Shown here piece by piece: positions 16,708 to 26,643 of a stretch of 64,000 nucleotides of DNA (positions within the stretch are counted from its first letter, which is position 1; every line of letters begins with the position of its first letter). This DNA is from a virus. The notes under the pieces are model-generated. The model was not told the origin of the DNA. It ran no database searches and saw only the letters and a program-made list of their open reading frames with translations. Both the position numbers and the translations under genes were made by a program. The stretch covers positions 1 through 64,000 of IMG/VR virus record IMGVR_UViG_3300036770_007999. One strand, 5' to 3'.

Positions 16708-17809
16708 GATCAGGATTGATGAAATATACAATAACACATTTTGGCCTTGGTTGCGATCTAATAGGCCAGGAACAAGGATGTTTTTTCATGATCCCTTTGG
16801 GCGCAGCGATGCCGAAAGTCTTTACAATTATGGACAAGACACACAACAAGAAAGTAATTATATGTATTTCTTTGACCAGGAGCCCATACATTTAGATCTA
16901 CACATGTCTACCTTCGATGATGTAGTAAGGAGAAACCTCGACATTTGTTGGCCCCATCAGACCCCGGGTTCGATTGTTACCAGTGAACAGCACAGTGAGT
17001 TTGTGGAGAGCATCTGCAACACCTATGGTTGGCGCAGTCATTATTATTTTTTCCACGGATGGGCCAGTCTGGATTGGTTCCGAGGTTATGATAGGACTTT
17101 TTTGATGCCAGATCCCAAAGACAGAAAGATCACGAAAAGTTTTATCAGCGCAAATCGCATCGTGGGCGGTAAAAGAGATCATCGCATCATACTGATGTAC
17201 AAATTATTCAAGAAAAAAATCAACAACGCCCACATAAGTTTTCCCGGGATCTGTCCTGCCGAAGGCACACACATAACGTCACTGGTTCACAAATGGCACG
17301 ATCAATACCCAGATATGCCAGAAACTTTTGCTGCACAGAACCTGCCTTGGAATTTCCAGGGTGAGACCGATCATCCCATGCACAGTTGCTGGTTGAGCCT
17401 CTTTGATCAGTGTGCCGAGACCTGTGCCTATGTGGTGACCGAGACTGTGCAACAGGGCAATCGGCATCATCTCACTGAAAAAACTTTCAAACCTATCTGT
17501 TTACAAATGCCTTTTGTTTTGGCGTCCACACAGGGCAGCCTCGACTATCTTAAAAGTTATGGATTCCGGACTTTCAATCATGTCTGGGATGAAAGTTATG
17601 ATCATGAAAGCGACGATCATCGGCGTATAGAAATGATAGCACACATTCTCAAGTCACTGGATGACTGTTCACCTGCTGAATTACACAGCATATATAGACA
17701 CACATATGAAACTGTGGTCTGGAACTATCAACACTTTTACGGCGGTGATTTTGAACGCCTGTTGTGGAAAGAATTGCAGCACATGATGCAGGACATGAAA
17801 CAGACATGA
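16706..17809 (+). CDS. Glycosyltransferase-like protein (TEK..KP family), paralogue 2
   Basis: VVTETV...LTEKTFKPI...PF...GFRTFN..WDESYD. Confidence 0.6.
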   Translation: MIRIDEIYNNTFWPWLRSNRPGTRMFFHDPFGRSDAESLYNYGQDTQQESNYMYFFDQEPIHLDLHMSTFDDVVRRNLDICWPHQTPGSIVTSEQHSEFVESICNTYGWRSHYYFFHGWASLDWFRGYDRTFLMPDPKDRKITKSFISANRIVGGKRDHRIILMYKLFKKKINNAHISFPGICPAEGTHITSLVHKWHDQYPDMPETFAAQNLPWNFQGETDHPMHSCWLSLFDQCAETCAYVVTETVQQGNRHHLTEKTFKPICLQMPFVLASTQGSLDYLKSYGFRTFNHVWDESYDHESDDHRRIEMIAHILKSLDDCSPAELHSIYRHTYETVVWNYQHFYGGDFERLLWKELQHMMQDMKQT

Positions 17810-18990
17810 TCAATTTCTGTTACGATTCGCTGGGAGACAATCCCGATCTCGGTTATCCTAATCTAGCGCAGCCGGCACTGGCTCCGGACGAATTTGATAC
17901 AACATGGCCCAGGGTGCTGCCGCTCAGGCTGCTGATGTATCTACAACAGTTTGGTCATCATTTCCAAAGCTGGCATGTAGCACACGCGCCCAAGGGCAGT
18001 TGGTATCCTATCGCATTGGCCTGGCATGACTTTGAATGCGATTATTTGGCACTGGCTTCTCACACTGCCCTGGCACGCGCCAGGCGCGGTGAAATCAAGT
18101 TCTTTTTCTACTACCACGAAGGCGATCACCCTGGCAGGATCCAACAGAGATTTGATCTTCTGTGCCGGCAGCATGATCTGCCTCATGACTGTTATCTGTT
18201 CATTAGTGCCAACAGCGCAGCCGATCAATATCCGCGCTGTTATTATTTCAATGATCATGAATATTTTCTCAGTTACATCAATCGTAGACAAACAGCAGAC
18301 TGGTGCGACCGCAGTGAAAGGCCTTATGAATTTACCGCACTGAATCGCATCCATAAATGGTGGCGGGCTTCGATTATGAGTGATCTATATCATGAGAAAG
18401 TATTGGATCACAGTCTATGGAGTTATAACACGGTGCTGACAGAAGATGATCGACCCGAAGACAATCCCATCAGATTGGATGCGAGATCAGATTGGTCAAC
18501 GAAATTGCAACAGTTTCTTTCTGGAGCGCCTTATGAATGCGACGGTGCTGACGCAGTATCTCACAACGATCATAGACGCATCAATGTTGATCTTTATACC
18601 AAAAGTTACTGCCATCTTGTGTTGGAAACTCTGTTCGATGTGGATCAGAGTGGGGGCACATTCCTCACCGAAAAGACCTGGAAATGCATGAAATTTGGAC
18701 AGCCTTTTGTAATCATTGGCCCTGTGGGCAGTCTAGATATCTTACGCAGATCTGGGTATCGCGTGTTTGACCATGCTATTGACAATGCCTACGACACTAT
18801 AGAAGACAACACTGACAGATACCTGGCTGTGAGAAAATCCATCGCCGAGATCAAAAAGCAGGACATGCATCAGTGGTACCTAAGGTGTCTCGACGATGTA
18901 AAATATAACCAATGGCAATTTCACACCAAAGCCAATGGAACCTTAGATTGTTTGGTTAAAAAATTAACTGAACACTCGTACACCATATAG
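17806..18990 (+). CDS. Glycosyltransferase-like protein (TEK family), paralogue 3
   Basis: LVLETLF...FLTEKTWK...QPF...GYRVFD..IDNAYD; ATGA overlap with the upstream gene. Confidence 0.6.
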   Translation: MINFCYDSLGDNPDLGYPNLAQPALAPDEFDTTWPRVLPLRLLMYLQQFGHHFQSWHVAHAPKGSWYPIALAWHDFECDYLALASHTALARARRGEIKFFFYYHEGDHPGRIQQRFDLLCRQHDLPHDCYLFISANSAADQYPRCYYFNDHEYFLSYINRRQTADWCDRSERPYEFTALNRIHKWWRASIMSDLYHEKVLDHSLWSYNTVLTEDDRPEDNPIRLDARSDWSTKLQQFLSGAPYECDGADAVSHNDHRRINVDLYTKSYCHLVLETLFDVDQSGGTFLTEKTWKCMKFGQPFVIIGPVGSLDILRRSGYRVFDHAIDNAYDTIEDNTDRYLAVRKSIAEIKKQDMHQWYLRCLDDVKYNQWQFHTKANGTLDCLVKKLTEHSYTI

Positions 18991-20448
18991 CTTTTCAAAT
19001 CGGTCAGCGTCTGATCGATCGTTGACCATGGGTTCGCCGCGGATGTTGAGGCTGGTATTTAACAGCATGGAACAACCGGTTCGTGCATGCCAGGCCTCCA
19101 GCAACCGACGGAATCCGGATCCATCAGCCGGCACAGTCTGTACTCGAGCAGTACCATCTACATGTGAGATTGCAGAATACAAATCAGGTCTGCGCACGCG
19201 GGCCACGATCTGCATGTATCTTGAAGCGGCGAAACTGCGCGGCATCTCAAAATAGTCCGCCACATACTCTTCCAATATGGCTGGTGCAAAAGGTCGGAAT
19301 TTCTGTCTGCGTTTGATTGCATTCACTAGGTCTTTGATTTCCGGTCCTCTAGGGTCCGCGAGCAGACTGCGATTGCCCAGTGCGCGCGGACCAAACTCAG
19401 CACGGCCGCTAGCCACACCAGCAATAGCATGGGCACAGAGATGATCAACAACGTCGTCAACAGGATAAGGCCCAGGAATATCATGACCAAGATAAGCATG
19501 GCGCCAGTTAAGTCTTCCGCCATGAGCCAAAGCCGCTGCACCCAGGCTCGATCCTGCGTCGCCCGGGTTGGGCATGATCCAGATGTTGTCATATACGTCT
19601 CCTATTCTTGCGTTGGCCACGCAGTTCAATGCCACTCCACCCATGTATACGAGATTATCGCTGTTGACCAGACTCCTGGCCCGCTGCACGACATTGTGTA
19701 TCATTTGCTCGGCTAGATGTTGACCTGCTGCGGCCAAATCTACAGCCTTGTAAGCACTGAGTTCATCGTCATCGAACCCTATGTGCAGATTCCTTCGCAT
19801 GCGGACATCAATTAGATCGTCTATGCAATGATCTCGTAACCAAGCAGTACCTAGACCAGATCCGTAAGCGGCCATGCCCATGGTGATGTATTCTTCTTCC
19901 ATGGGCTTCAAGCCCACGGCTTTTGTGATGGCCGAATAGAAAAGGCCGATGGAATGTGGATAACCTTGCCTCCATACACGCTGATACTGGGCATGCCCAT
20001 CGTGATCGTACCAGGCACGGAATATAGATACGGTATCCATCTCGCCTATGGCATCTATCACCACCACAGCGGCCTCTTGGAAAGGTGAAGTCTGGAATCC
20101 AGCAGCGGCATGACTGAGATGATGAGGATAACTCGCTTCTCTACGAGCAGGATGTTGATACCAAGAGCCTAGGTGTTGCCGTATGGCCTGACCAGTGGTC
20201 CAGGGCCCATACTCTCGCTGCCCGCTGCGCCATTGTTGGAGATTGTGCATCCATGGACGCTCGTAGAATGCCACTGTGTCAAATTCATGATCACAACATT
20301 CTCGTAAAAGATCCGGATGTATGTTGGGATCATTCTTTATCTTACTGTAGCGTTCAGAATGTCCTGCAAACATGATCTCGCCGTCTTGGCGCACCACAGT
20401 GACAGCAGCATCGTGGAATCCGGCACTGATGCCTAACACCTTTTTCAT
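18964..20448 (-). CDS. NodU/CmcH/TobZ-family O-carbamoyltransferase
   Basis: HDAA, HHLSHAA, GGVALNC, GRAEFGPRALGNRS, RPFAP, HVDGTARVQTV, LNTSLN. Confidence 0.95.
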   Translation of the reverse strand: MKKVLGISAGFHDAAVTVVRQDGEIMFAGHSERYSKIKNDPNIHPDLLRECCDHEFDTVAFYERPWMHNLQQWRSGQREYGPWTTGQAIRQHLGSWYQHPARREASYPHHLSHAAAGFQTSPFQEAAVVVIDAIGEMDTVSIFRAWYDHDGHAQYQRVWRQGYPHSIGLFYSAITKAVGLKPMEEEYITMGMAAYGSGLGTAWLRDHCIDDLIDVRMRRNLHIGFDDDELSAYKAVDLAAAGQHLAEQMIHNVVQRARSLVNSDNLVYMGGVALNCVANARIGDVYDNIWIMPNPGDAGSSLGAAALAHGGRLNWRHAYLGHDIPGPYPVDDVVDHLCAHAIAGVASGRAEFGPRALGNRSLLADPRGPEIKDLVNAIKRRQKFRPFAPAILEEYVADYFEMPRSFAASRYMQIVARVRRPDLYSAISHVDGTARVQTVPADGSGFRRLLEAWHARTGCSMLLNTSLNIRGEPMVNDRSDADRFEKLYGVRVFS

Positions 20449-20546
20449 TTGTAGATAAAAGGATCTCGTTTACGCAATTCTTTAAGTTTCTTGCGGTACC
20501 GTATTTCCAAGCGAATCTTTTGCCATAGGTCCTTGAGCCATTTCAT
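20445..20546 (-). CDS. 33-aa basic peptide MKWLKDLWQKIRLEIRYRKKLKELRKRDPFIYK
   Basis: Hand-translated; ATGA overlaps with both neighbours; AGGAG RBS. Confidence 0.8.
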   Translation of the reverse strand: MKWLKDLWQKIRLEIRYRKKLKELRKRDPFIYK

Positions 20547-21601
20547 TGTGTTTCTCCTGTCATGCGATATATGTAGTCCGGATCGCGCCAACAGTAATCA
20601 TATTCGGTCTGCTGGTGCGCTGTTTTTACCGCGGCCACATCTAGATGGCTGTTCAACTGTTGCCAGATATCTTGATAATCGGTGGTGCCAAAACTGCGCT
20701 CAAGATCCACCTGACCTATCTGCGGGTGCCCAATGGTGAGAGCAGGATCATCAGGATCAAATCCATTGTGTTGCAGCCACTCACGGAATTCAGACAATTG
20801 TTGATGCATGAACGGATGCTGCCCGGGATCCTGGCCCCATTCGATATCAAAGTCTGCTGCTGCTTCAGTCTGGCTGCGCAAGGTCGTGGTGGTCAGTTCA
20901 TCTAGACGGCTGTCTCGGCCCTCATCTTGGAAGACTTCCCAGTGATGCTTGCCCACGGCTTTGTTTACTCCTACGTATACCCCTCCCATTGGGCGTGCAA
21001 TGGTATTGATACCAAATAGATCGAGATCTTCTGTGTCTAATGCGAATCGAGGAGCATGATTCCAACACATGAGTTGGCTAGGCCTTTGCCATTCTGGCAG
21101 TGTGTGTTTTTTCCGCCAACTCAAGGCCCAGGTTTCAAATTCGTGGCACAGGAGATTGAGTTGACTGATATGCCATCGAGTTTCGGCATCGGCTGCATTC
21201 CAGTACTGGCTCATGCTGCCACTCACGCCTTGTAGATCTTCAAAGTATCTGTGCAGGCGATTGAAACGATCGTGTCGCAGCCTGTGTTCGCTGTCAAGGC
21301 AGTCTGCGTACTCAAACATGTCGTTGATCTCATAGCCCAGTCTTTTATCATTGATATGAGCGATAGATCGGTTGATCTCGCGGCACAGAAATTGGCCGTT
21401 TCTAGGTGAATCTGCGAAGCCAAGAAAACAGTAATGTTTTTGCAGCGCCATTGATCGTGCCAGCACATCGTCTAATGCGGCCAGCCAGCGTCTGGCCAAA
21501 GAATTATCCCAGACATCGATCCACACAGTGATATCGTGGCGAGAGTCGGTATTTCTAAGAACAATCTCTACGGTATCAATCAATGCTTTGCCACCAATCA
21601 T
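20543..21601 (-). CDS. Hypothetical protein in the radical SAM operon
   Basis: 352-aa ORF coupled to its neighbours; no motif recognised. Confidence 0.8.
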   Translation of the reverse strand: MIGGKALIDTVEIVLRNTDSRHDITVWIDVWDNSLARRWLAALDDVLARSMALQKHYCFLGFADSPRNGQFLCREINRSIAHINDKRLGYEINDMFEYADCLDSEHRLRHDRFNRLHRYFEDLQGVSGSMSQYWNAADAETRWHISQLNLLCHEFETWALSWRKKHTLPEWQRPSQLMCWNHAPRFALDTEDLDLFGINTIARPMGGVYVGVNKAVGKHHWEVFQDEGRDSRLDELTTTTLRSQTEAAADFDIEWGQDPGQHPFMHQQLSEFREWLQHNGFDPDDPALTIGHPQIGQVDLERSFGTTDYQDIWQQLNSHLDVAAVKTAHQQTEYDYCWRDPDYIYRMTGETQ

Positions 21602-22865
21602 AAATGTGCGGGTCCTGTTTCAAAATATCAGTCATGGTGAATCGATCTTTGCGGATCTGTTCTAGCCGCAGGATGCGCTGTTTGCCTCGGCGAAGTGCTT
21701 GTGCGTACTGATCGGGCCACTGCTGTTGGAAGGTAGGTCTTTGCTTCAACTGCAACAAAGTATCCTGCAATACGCCCTTGGTACAATCTGCCAGGTGGTC
21801 TATTCGTTGATCCAATATTGATCTAGGCAATGCCAACGGACTCATCACGATGTCGGGAGAAAAACTGAAAATCACTTTGGCCAGAATATCTACTCCGAAT
21901 CGATCGGCCAATTGCTGTAAATTAATCACTTCAAACAGTCCCGGCAAGGTCAGCGTGAAGTCGATGCGCATCTGCCTCCGATGTGTGGCTATATCCAGTC
22001 CCTGGGCAAAATTCCTGCACCACTGGTCGTAGTCGAGCCCGGTGCGTATATATTCTCCTGTGATTCCGGTCCCGTCGAGACTGGCACAGATCTGCCAATC
22101 TCGCACATGTTGGAGAATATCACGGTAAAGATTGACACCACCATAGTCAACCCTAGAGAGATTAGTGTTATATCTAGCATATAGTTTTGCACCATCTCCC
22201 AATTCGATGATGCGTTTCATGTACCTCCAATGTTGCTCGTACATCAAAGGTTCGCCACCTACCCAGTAGATTTCCTCCACTCTGTGTTGCTCTACCGCCT
22301 CAGCGAATTCCGCTTCGATCTGGGTGTCTTGGAACCGAGTAATTTCCCGTCTTACTTCGGGCTTCATCCAATGATTTTTAGGATTCGACCAATCTACCAT
22401 GTTGTGTTGGCGTTGCTCGCTCTCCCAGGCCGAGCTCAACATGTCGCCACACGTGCGACATTTGAAATTGCAAAGATTTGAGAACCTGTAGTCCCAACTC
22501 ACTGGTTTCATTTCCGTCTGACCATCAGCATCAGTCTTTTCGATGGCTTCCGCATATTTGTGCCCAAACATGCTATTGAAGTAGCTGCGGTACACATCAG
22601 TGTTCAATAATTTTTGATTGCACACTTCGCATTCGGGCAAGGTTTCTCCGGCCATCATGCGACGACGCACCGACCGCATGTGATCTGAATTCCAGTGTTG
22701 TTCCAAGGTGATAGGCACGTATCTACCTGTGCCAGCTGATGTATCGATATACTGTTGGAAGTTCTGAGCTGGTTCTCGACTGGCGCAGCACATCCTGCGC
22801 TCAGTCTGTGGACTCAAGTAGGTGTGAGTCCACGGTGCCATGCACAGTGTTTCAGATCGGATCAT
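21576..22865 (-). CDS. Radical SAM enzyme with N-terminal twitch/SPASM-like Cys domain
   Basis: CNFKCRTC, GGEP, N-terminal C..PW...CC...CEVC. Confidence 0.9.
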   Translation of the reverse strand: MIRSETLCMAPWTHTYLSPQTERRMCCASREPAQNFQQYIDTSAGTGRYVPITLEQHWNSDHMRSVRRRMMAGETLPECEVCNQKLLNTDVYRSYFNSMFGHKYAEAIEKTDADGQTEMKPVSWDYRFSNLCNFKCRTCGDMLSSAWESEQRQHNMVDWSNPKNHWMKPEVRREITRFQDTQIEAEFAEAVEQHRVEEIYWVGGEPLMYEQHWRYMKRIIELGDGAKLYARYNTNLSRVDYGGVNLYRDILQHVRDWQICASLDGTGITGEYIRTGLDYDQWCRNFAQGLDIATHRRQMRIDFTLTLPGLFEVINLQQLADRFGVDILAKVIFSFSPDIVMSPLALPRSILDQRIDHLADCTKGVLQDTLLQLKQRPTFQQQWPDQYAQALRRGKQRILRLEQIRKDRFTMTDILKQDPHIYDWWQSID

Positions 22866-24066
22866 AGTCTAACGCTTCTGCTAACTCCCAGATCACTGCA
22901 CGGAGATTTTGTCCGCGACGTTGATCTAATCTCTGTATCTGTTCGCGTATCTGTTCCAAGGGCATGCTTTCACCGGCCGTCATGAAATCTCTGATCTGAT
23001 CAAAATGCTGTCGATGAAAGGGCCTCACAGTGGCAGTATCTAAACGGCGTGCGGCAAGCTCTTTGGCCTGCGGTGGCAAACTGGTAATGCTGAAATATCG
23101 TGCCTCGTGCAGCATGTTCCAGTAAATGAAATCAAAATCTTGCATGTCAATCCATTCAGCAAGACTTTCAAGATGCCACACATTGAAAATGTTTACCGTG
23201 CTGCATACCTGTAGTTGGATATTTTTGTTCACAGATCGCAGCCTACGGAATCGATCGAGATTGTGCATGACTTCCGCCCACACAGCATTGGTGCGCTGGT
23301 ATTCGAATCTCTCACCGAGATCATCAATGCTAAACGCTATCTCCACAGTCTTGAAATGTTTCCAAATGTTTTCGGCCAGTTCCGGATAATGCGTTCCGTT
23401 GGTGTTGTAGTGTATCTCAACCTGGGATGCTATGCCACGATCCACCATGCCCTCGAGTATGTCAAAATGTTCTTGGATCATGAAGGGTTCGCCTCCGGTG
23501 AATTCTATGTAACGGATCTGATCCATCATGCCGTCTATCTGATTCCAGAATGTGCGATTTTCTCTGGGCCATGCTCCCTGTCGCAGCATCTGATAATGCA
23601 GGCTGCTTTTACGGAAGGCAGGATCCGGAATGTGTGTTAGTTCTTCTGTGGCAAAGGCGGAACTGCTCCACGAACCGCAGATTCGGCATTTTAGATTGCA
23701 AATATTGCCCAGTTTGAGATCCAGGAACATCAGAGGTCTAGGATGGTCGGTCCATGGCTCATCAGAGATCATGTGTTTGAGTCTATCCAGCGTGTGCATA
23801 CGTTTGCTGGTCCTGCCAGCATCTTCTTCGGCCCAGCACTTGCGACATGTAGCAGGACGTTGCTCTGCCAGAAATGCTTGCCTGAGTTGACGCATGTATT
23901 CGCTGTTCTGCACAGTCTTGAGATTGGCACTGGCGAGATTGTATTTCACACAGTCAGAATCTACGATTTCTTCTTCAGCCAAACAACACGGTCGCACAGT
24001 CCCAATGGGACTGGTTTCTAGGCTGACCCAAGGTAACACACAAAATTTGCTGTGAGGTATCTTCAT
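22852..24066 (-). CDS. Radical SAM enzyme with N-terminal twitch/SPASM-like Cys domain
   Basis: CNLKCRIC, GGEP, YNTNG, CVLPW...PCC...CRKC. Confidence 0.9.
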   Translation of the reverse strand: MKIPHSKFCVLPWVSLETSPIGTVRPCCLAEEEIVDSDCVKYNLASANLKTVQNSEYMRQLRQAFLAEQRPATCRKCWAEEDAGRTSKRMHTLDRLKHMISDEPWTDHPRPLMFLDLKLGNICNLKCRICGSWSSSAFATEELTHIPDPAFRKSSLHYQMLRQGAWPRENRTFWNQIDGMMDQIRYIEFTGGEPFMIQEHFDILEGMVDRGIASQVEIHYNTNGTHYPELAENIWKHFKTVEIAFSIDDLGERFEYQRTNAVWAEVMHNLDRFRRLRSVNKNIQLQVCSTVNIFNVWHLESLAEWIDMQDFDFIYWNMLHEARYFSITSLPPQAKELAARRLDTATVRPFHRQHFDQIRDFMTAGESMPLEQIREQIQRLDQRRGQNLRAVIWELAEALDYDPI

Positions 24067-25322
24067 AACAGCGCTTCAAGTTCTGGAAGATGATCTAGCC
24101 ATCGTTCGCGGCGTATGTCATCCAGTTGGTGAGTCTTCCTCCAGAAATTGTCTAAGAGATGGGTATTATTTGTTGCCATCATGAACTTGATCGCCGATTC
24201 AAATCCCACTGTGGCACGATTAAGTTGGTCGTATGGACGCAACCATTCTAGATGCTCCTCGAATTTGATTCTCAGCCTCTGTTTGTATTTGATAGGAGCG
24301 ATATCTATGCGATAGTGAGCAGGATCTTGAAGGATATTGACATTGAGATCTTGAGGCGCGATAAGCCCTTGTTCGACCCATGATCGATGGAAATCTGGCA
24401 GATGCCATGCATTCATGATTGACAGCGTAGGCGAGATGTAAAAATCCACGTCAGGGCAGACCTCTAGCATCCTACGGCGATTTTCCTCCACCACTGCCCA
24501 GTCCGTACCTTTGCGGATGTATTCAGCTCTCGATCCCATGGCGTCAAGGCTGGCACCCACTGCCACGGAATCAAATTGGCGCCAATAATCGAATACCGAA
24601 CGATCTTTGAGTTTGGTGTGTGTGAAGTTTGTGTTGTATATCAAACGTACATCAAATCTTTGGCGACGTTCCAGTTCCTCAAGGATGCGATAGTGCTCAT
24701 GCATCATGAGTGGCTCGCCACCGGCGAAGTAGATCTGTTCTACATAGTCGATGTGTGGCAACAACTGTTCCCACATGTCTGTTTCAGTCTGACCAGCATA
24801 GTTCAAGGGAACGTTGTTGCCACGCCATTCAGGACCAGCCAGTCGGGCCTGGTCTTGATACCAAGAGCTGGAAAATATGTGACCGCAACTGCGGCAACGT
24901 AGATTGCAAAGATTACTGAATCGGATATCCCAATAGGTCATCTCAAATGGTGTGGTAGCCAATTTCTTGATGTGATGGCCATGATGCTTGTTTGCGCTGC
25001 GCCGCCCACTGAAAAATCCCGACTGTTCTTGTTCATAACAGCGTGTGCAGGCCGGGTTGGCAGTTTCGCTCAACATATCAGCACGCAGTTTGGTCATGGC
25101 AGCACCGTGCCAGATCTCTGCCAGGGTATTTTCCTTGCAGTGTCCCACTGGATGTGCCATCTCTGCATGGCAGCAAGGATATGCTTCACCGGTAGGGTAA
25201 GCATGCAGATGTATCCAGGGATAGATGCAGAAGGTTCGTGATTGTTTGAGCAGGAATTCTTCACGTTCCGTGAGTTTTGTAGGACGAACCAGATCGGCAC
25301 TGTTGTAATTATAAACTGTCAT
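24063..25322 (-). CDS. Radical SAM enzyme with N-terminal twitch/SPASM-like Cys domain
   Basis: CNLRCRSC, GGEP, CIYPW...PCC...CTRC. Confidence 0.9.
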   Translation of the reverse strand: MTVYNYNSADLVRPTKLTEREEFLLKQSRTFCIYPWIHLHAYPTGEAYPCCHAEMAHPVGHCKENTLAEIWHGAAMTKLRADMLSETANPACTRCYEQEQSGFFSGRRSANKHHGHHIKKLATTPFEMTYWDIRFSNLCNLRCRSCGHIFSSSWYQDQARLAGPEWRGNNVPLNYAGQTETDMWEQLLPHIDYVEQIYFAGGEPLMMHEHYRILEELERRQRFDVRLIYNTNFTHTKLKDRSVFDYWRQFDSVAVGASLDAMGSRAEYIRKGTDWAVVEENRRRMLEVCPDVDFYISPTLSIMNAWHLPDFHRSWVEQGLIAPQDLNVNILQDPAHYRIDIAPIKYKQRLRIKFEEHLEWLRPYDQLNRATVGFESAIKFMMATNNTHLLDNFWRKTHQLDDIRRERWLDHLPELEALL

Positions 25323-26643
25323 ACCACTCCTTCAACCCTGGAAAGGTTGCACCAAAATTCTTGTTACGTCGTTGGTCGTACTGCTGATAAAACTGTCGGA
25401 AATCATTCAGGAGTTTGGTGCTGTCAAATGCTTCACTGTGTGGAGTTTCCACTACATCTAAGTAATCGATCAGCCGTTGTACATGATTGCGTTCGTGTGG
25501 TTGCAGGTAGATATTGCTCTCCCACTGATCCAACCAGTAGCGCAGCCGATTTCGATGCCGCATACGGATGTGTTCGGGCAATACCAAGGGACTTTGGAAG
25601 CTAGGGAACCGCAGTATGTTCAAGGTGAAGTTGGGGAAGTCGGCACCGTATTGTTGTTTCCAGATCATGACATAGGTCAAGAATTCCGGCAGGCTCTCCA
25701 GGCACAAGGCATTCACAGTACACATCACATGCAGCCCCCGAAGCCTACGGATTTCCATGATCTGGTTCATGTTGTACACCCATTGGGTATAGTCTAGACC
25801 ATCACGGATGTATTCCGCATGTGGCCCTATACTTTCCATGCTGGTGTACAGATCCAGTTCGATGTCTGCACAGGCATCCAGCAGTCGTCGCACCGTGTCA
25901 AACTCCATGCCGAGATTTGAGTTGATGGCTAGTCGGGTTTGAGATCGCCCGGGGTTGTCCCGGAACCAGTCAATGAGCTGCCAGGTGTAGCCGGACATGA
26001 GCGGCTCGCCGCCTGTAACACGGAGTTCGTCCAGTGTGCGGTGAAGATCGGTTTCCCACCATGAGAAAAAAGCGTCCACGTACGGATTAGGTTCTCCAAA
26101 GCGAAAAAGTTGAGCAGCAGCATGATCGTGGGTAAAATGATTTCTGCCATCTGAAATGAGACCTTGGTAGGGTCCATTGTTCCGGATGTCTTTAACCCAT
26201 GTACTACTGAAAGCAGGATTACAGTAAGAGCAAGCAAACTGGCAAGTACGATCAAACGATATCTCAAGGGTTCGCAGATTGATATCCTGATCTGGCGGCG
26301 TGCCAGCAGCCTCATGTAGGTGATGTATTTCATAGATCTTGCTTTTATATATGCGATCGCTCACAGCATCTCGCCCCATGTCCTCGATCTTCCAGCAGTA
26401 TTCGCAGCCGGCGGGCCTCCGGCCCGCCTGCATGTCCGCACGATCCTGTTTTTTCAGATCAGTATTGTGCAGCAGTCTGGGATTGGTTTTCACTGCTTCA
26501 CGGTCGACCTGGTGTGCTGGCGGGTGGTGGCAACTGGTAGTCATACCGGATCCTAGCCATATGGTGGCGTTGTACCATTTGGCGCCGCAAAAACTGGCGG
26601 ATATTGGATCCAGCACCTGCTGGCGATATTCTAGGTCATCCAT
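25309..26643 (-). CDS. Radical SAM enzyme (C.AKW/SCHHP subtype)
   Basis: CQFACSYC, GGEP, CGAKW...SCHHP...CEYCW. Confidence 0.9.
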   Translation of the reverse strand: MDDLEYRQQVLDPISASFCGAKWYNATIWLGSGMTTSCHHPPAHQVDREAVKTNPRLLHNTDLKKQDRADMQAGRRPAGCEYCWKIEDMGRDAVSDRIYKSKIYEIHHLHEAAGTPPDQDINLRTLEISFDRTCQFACSYCNPAFSSTWVKDIRNNGPYQGLISDGRNHFTHDHAAAQLFRFGEPNPYVDAFFSWWETDLHRTLDELRVTGGEPLMSGYTWQLIDWFRDNPGRSQTRLAINSNLGMEFDTVRRLLDACADIELDLYTSMESIGPHAEYIRDGLDYTQWVYNMNQIMEIRRLRGLHVMCTVNALCLESLPEFLTYVMIWKQQYGADFPNFTLNILRFPSFQSPLVLPEHIRMRHRNRLRYWLDQWESNIYLQPHERNHVQRLIDYLDVVETPHSEAFDSTKLLNDFRQFYQQYDQRRNKNFGATFPGLKEWYDSL

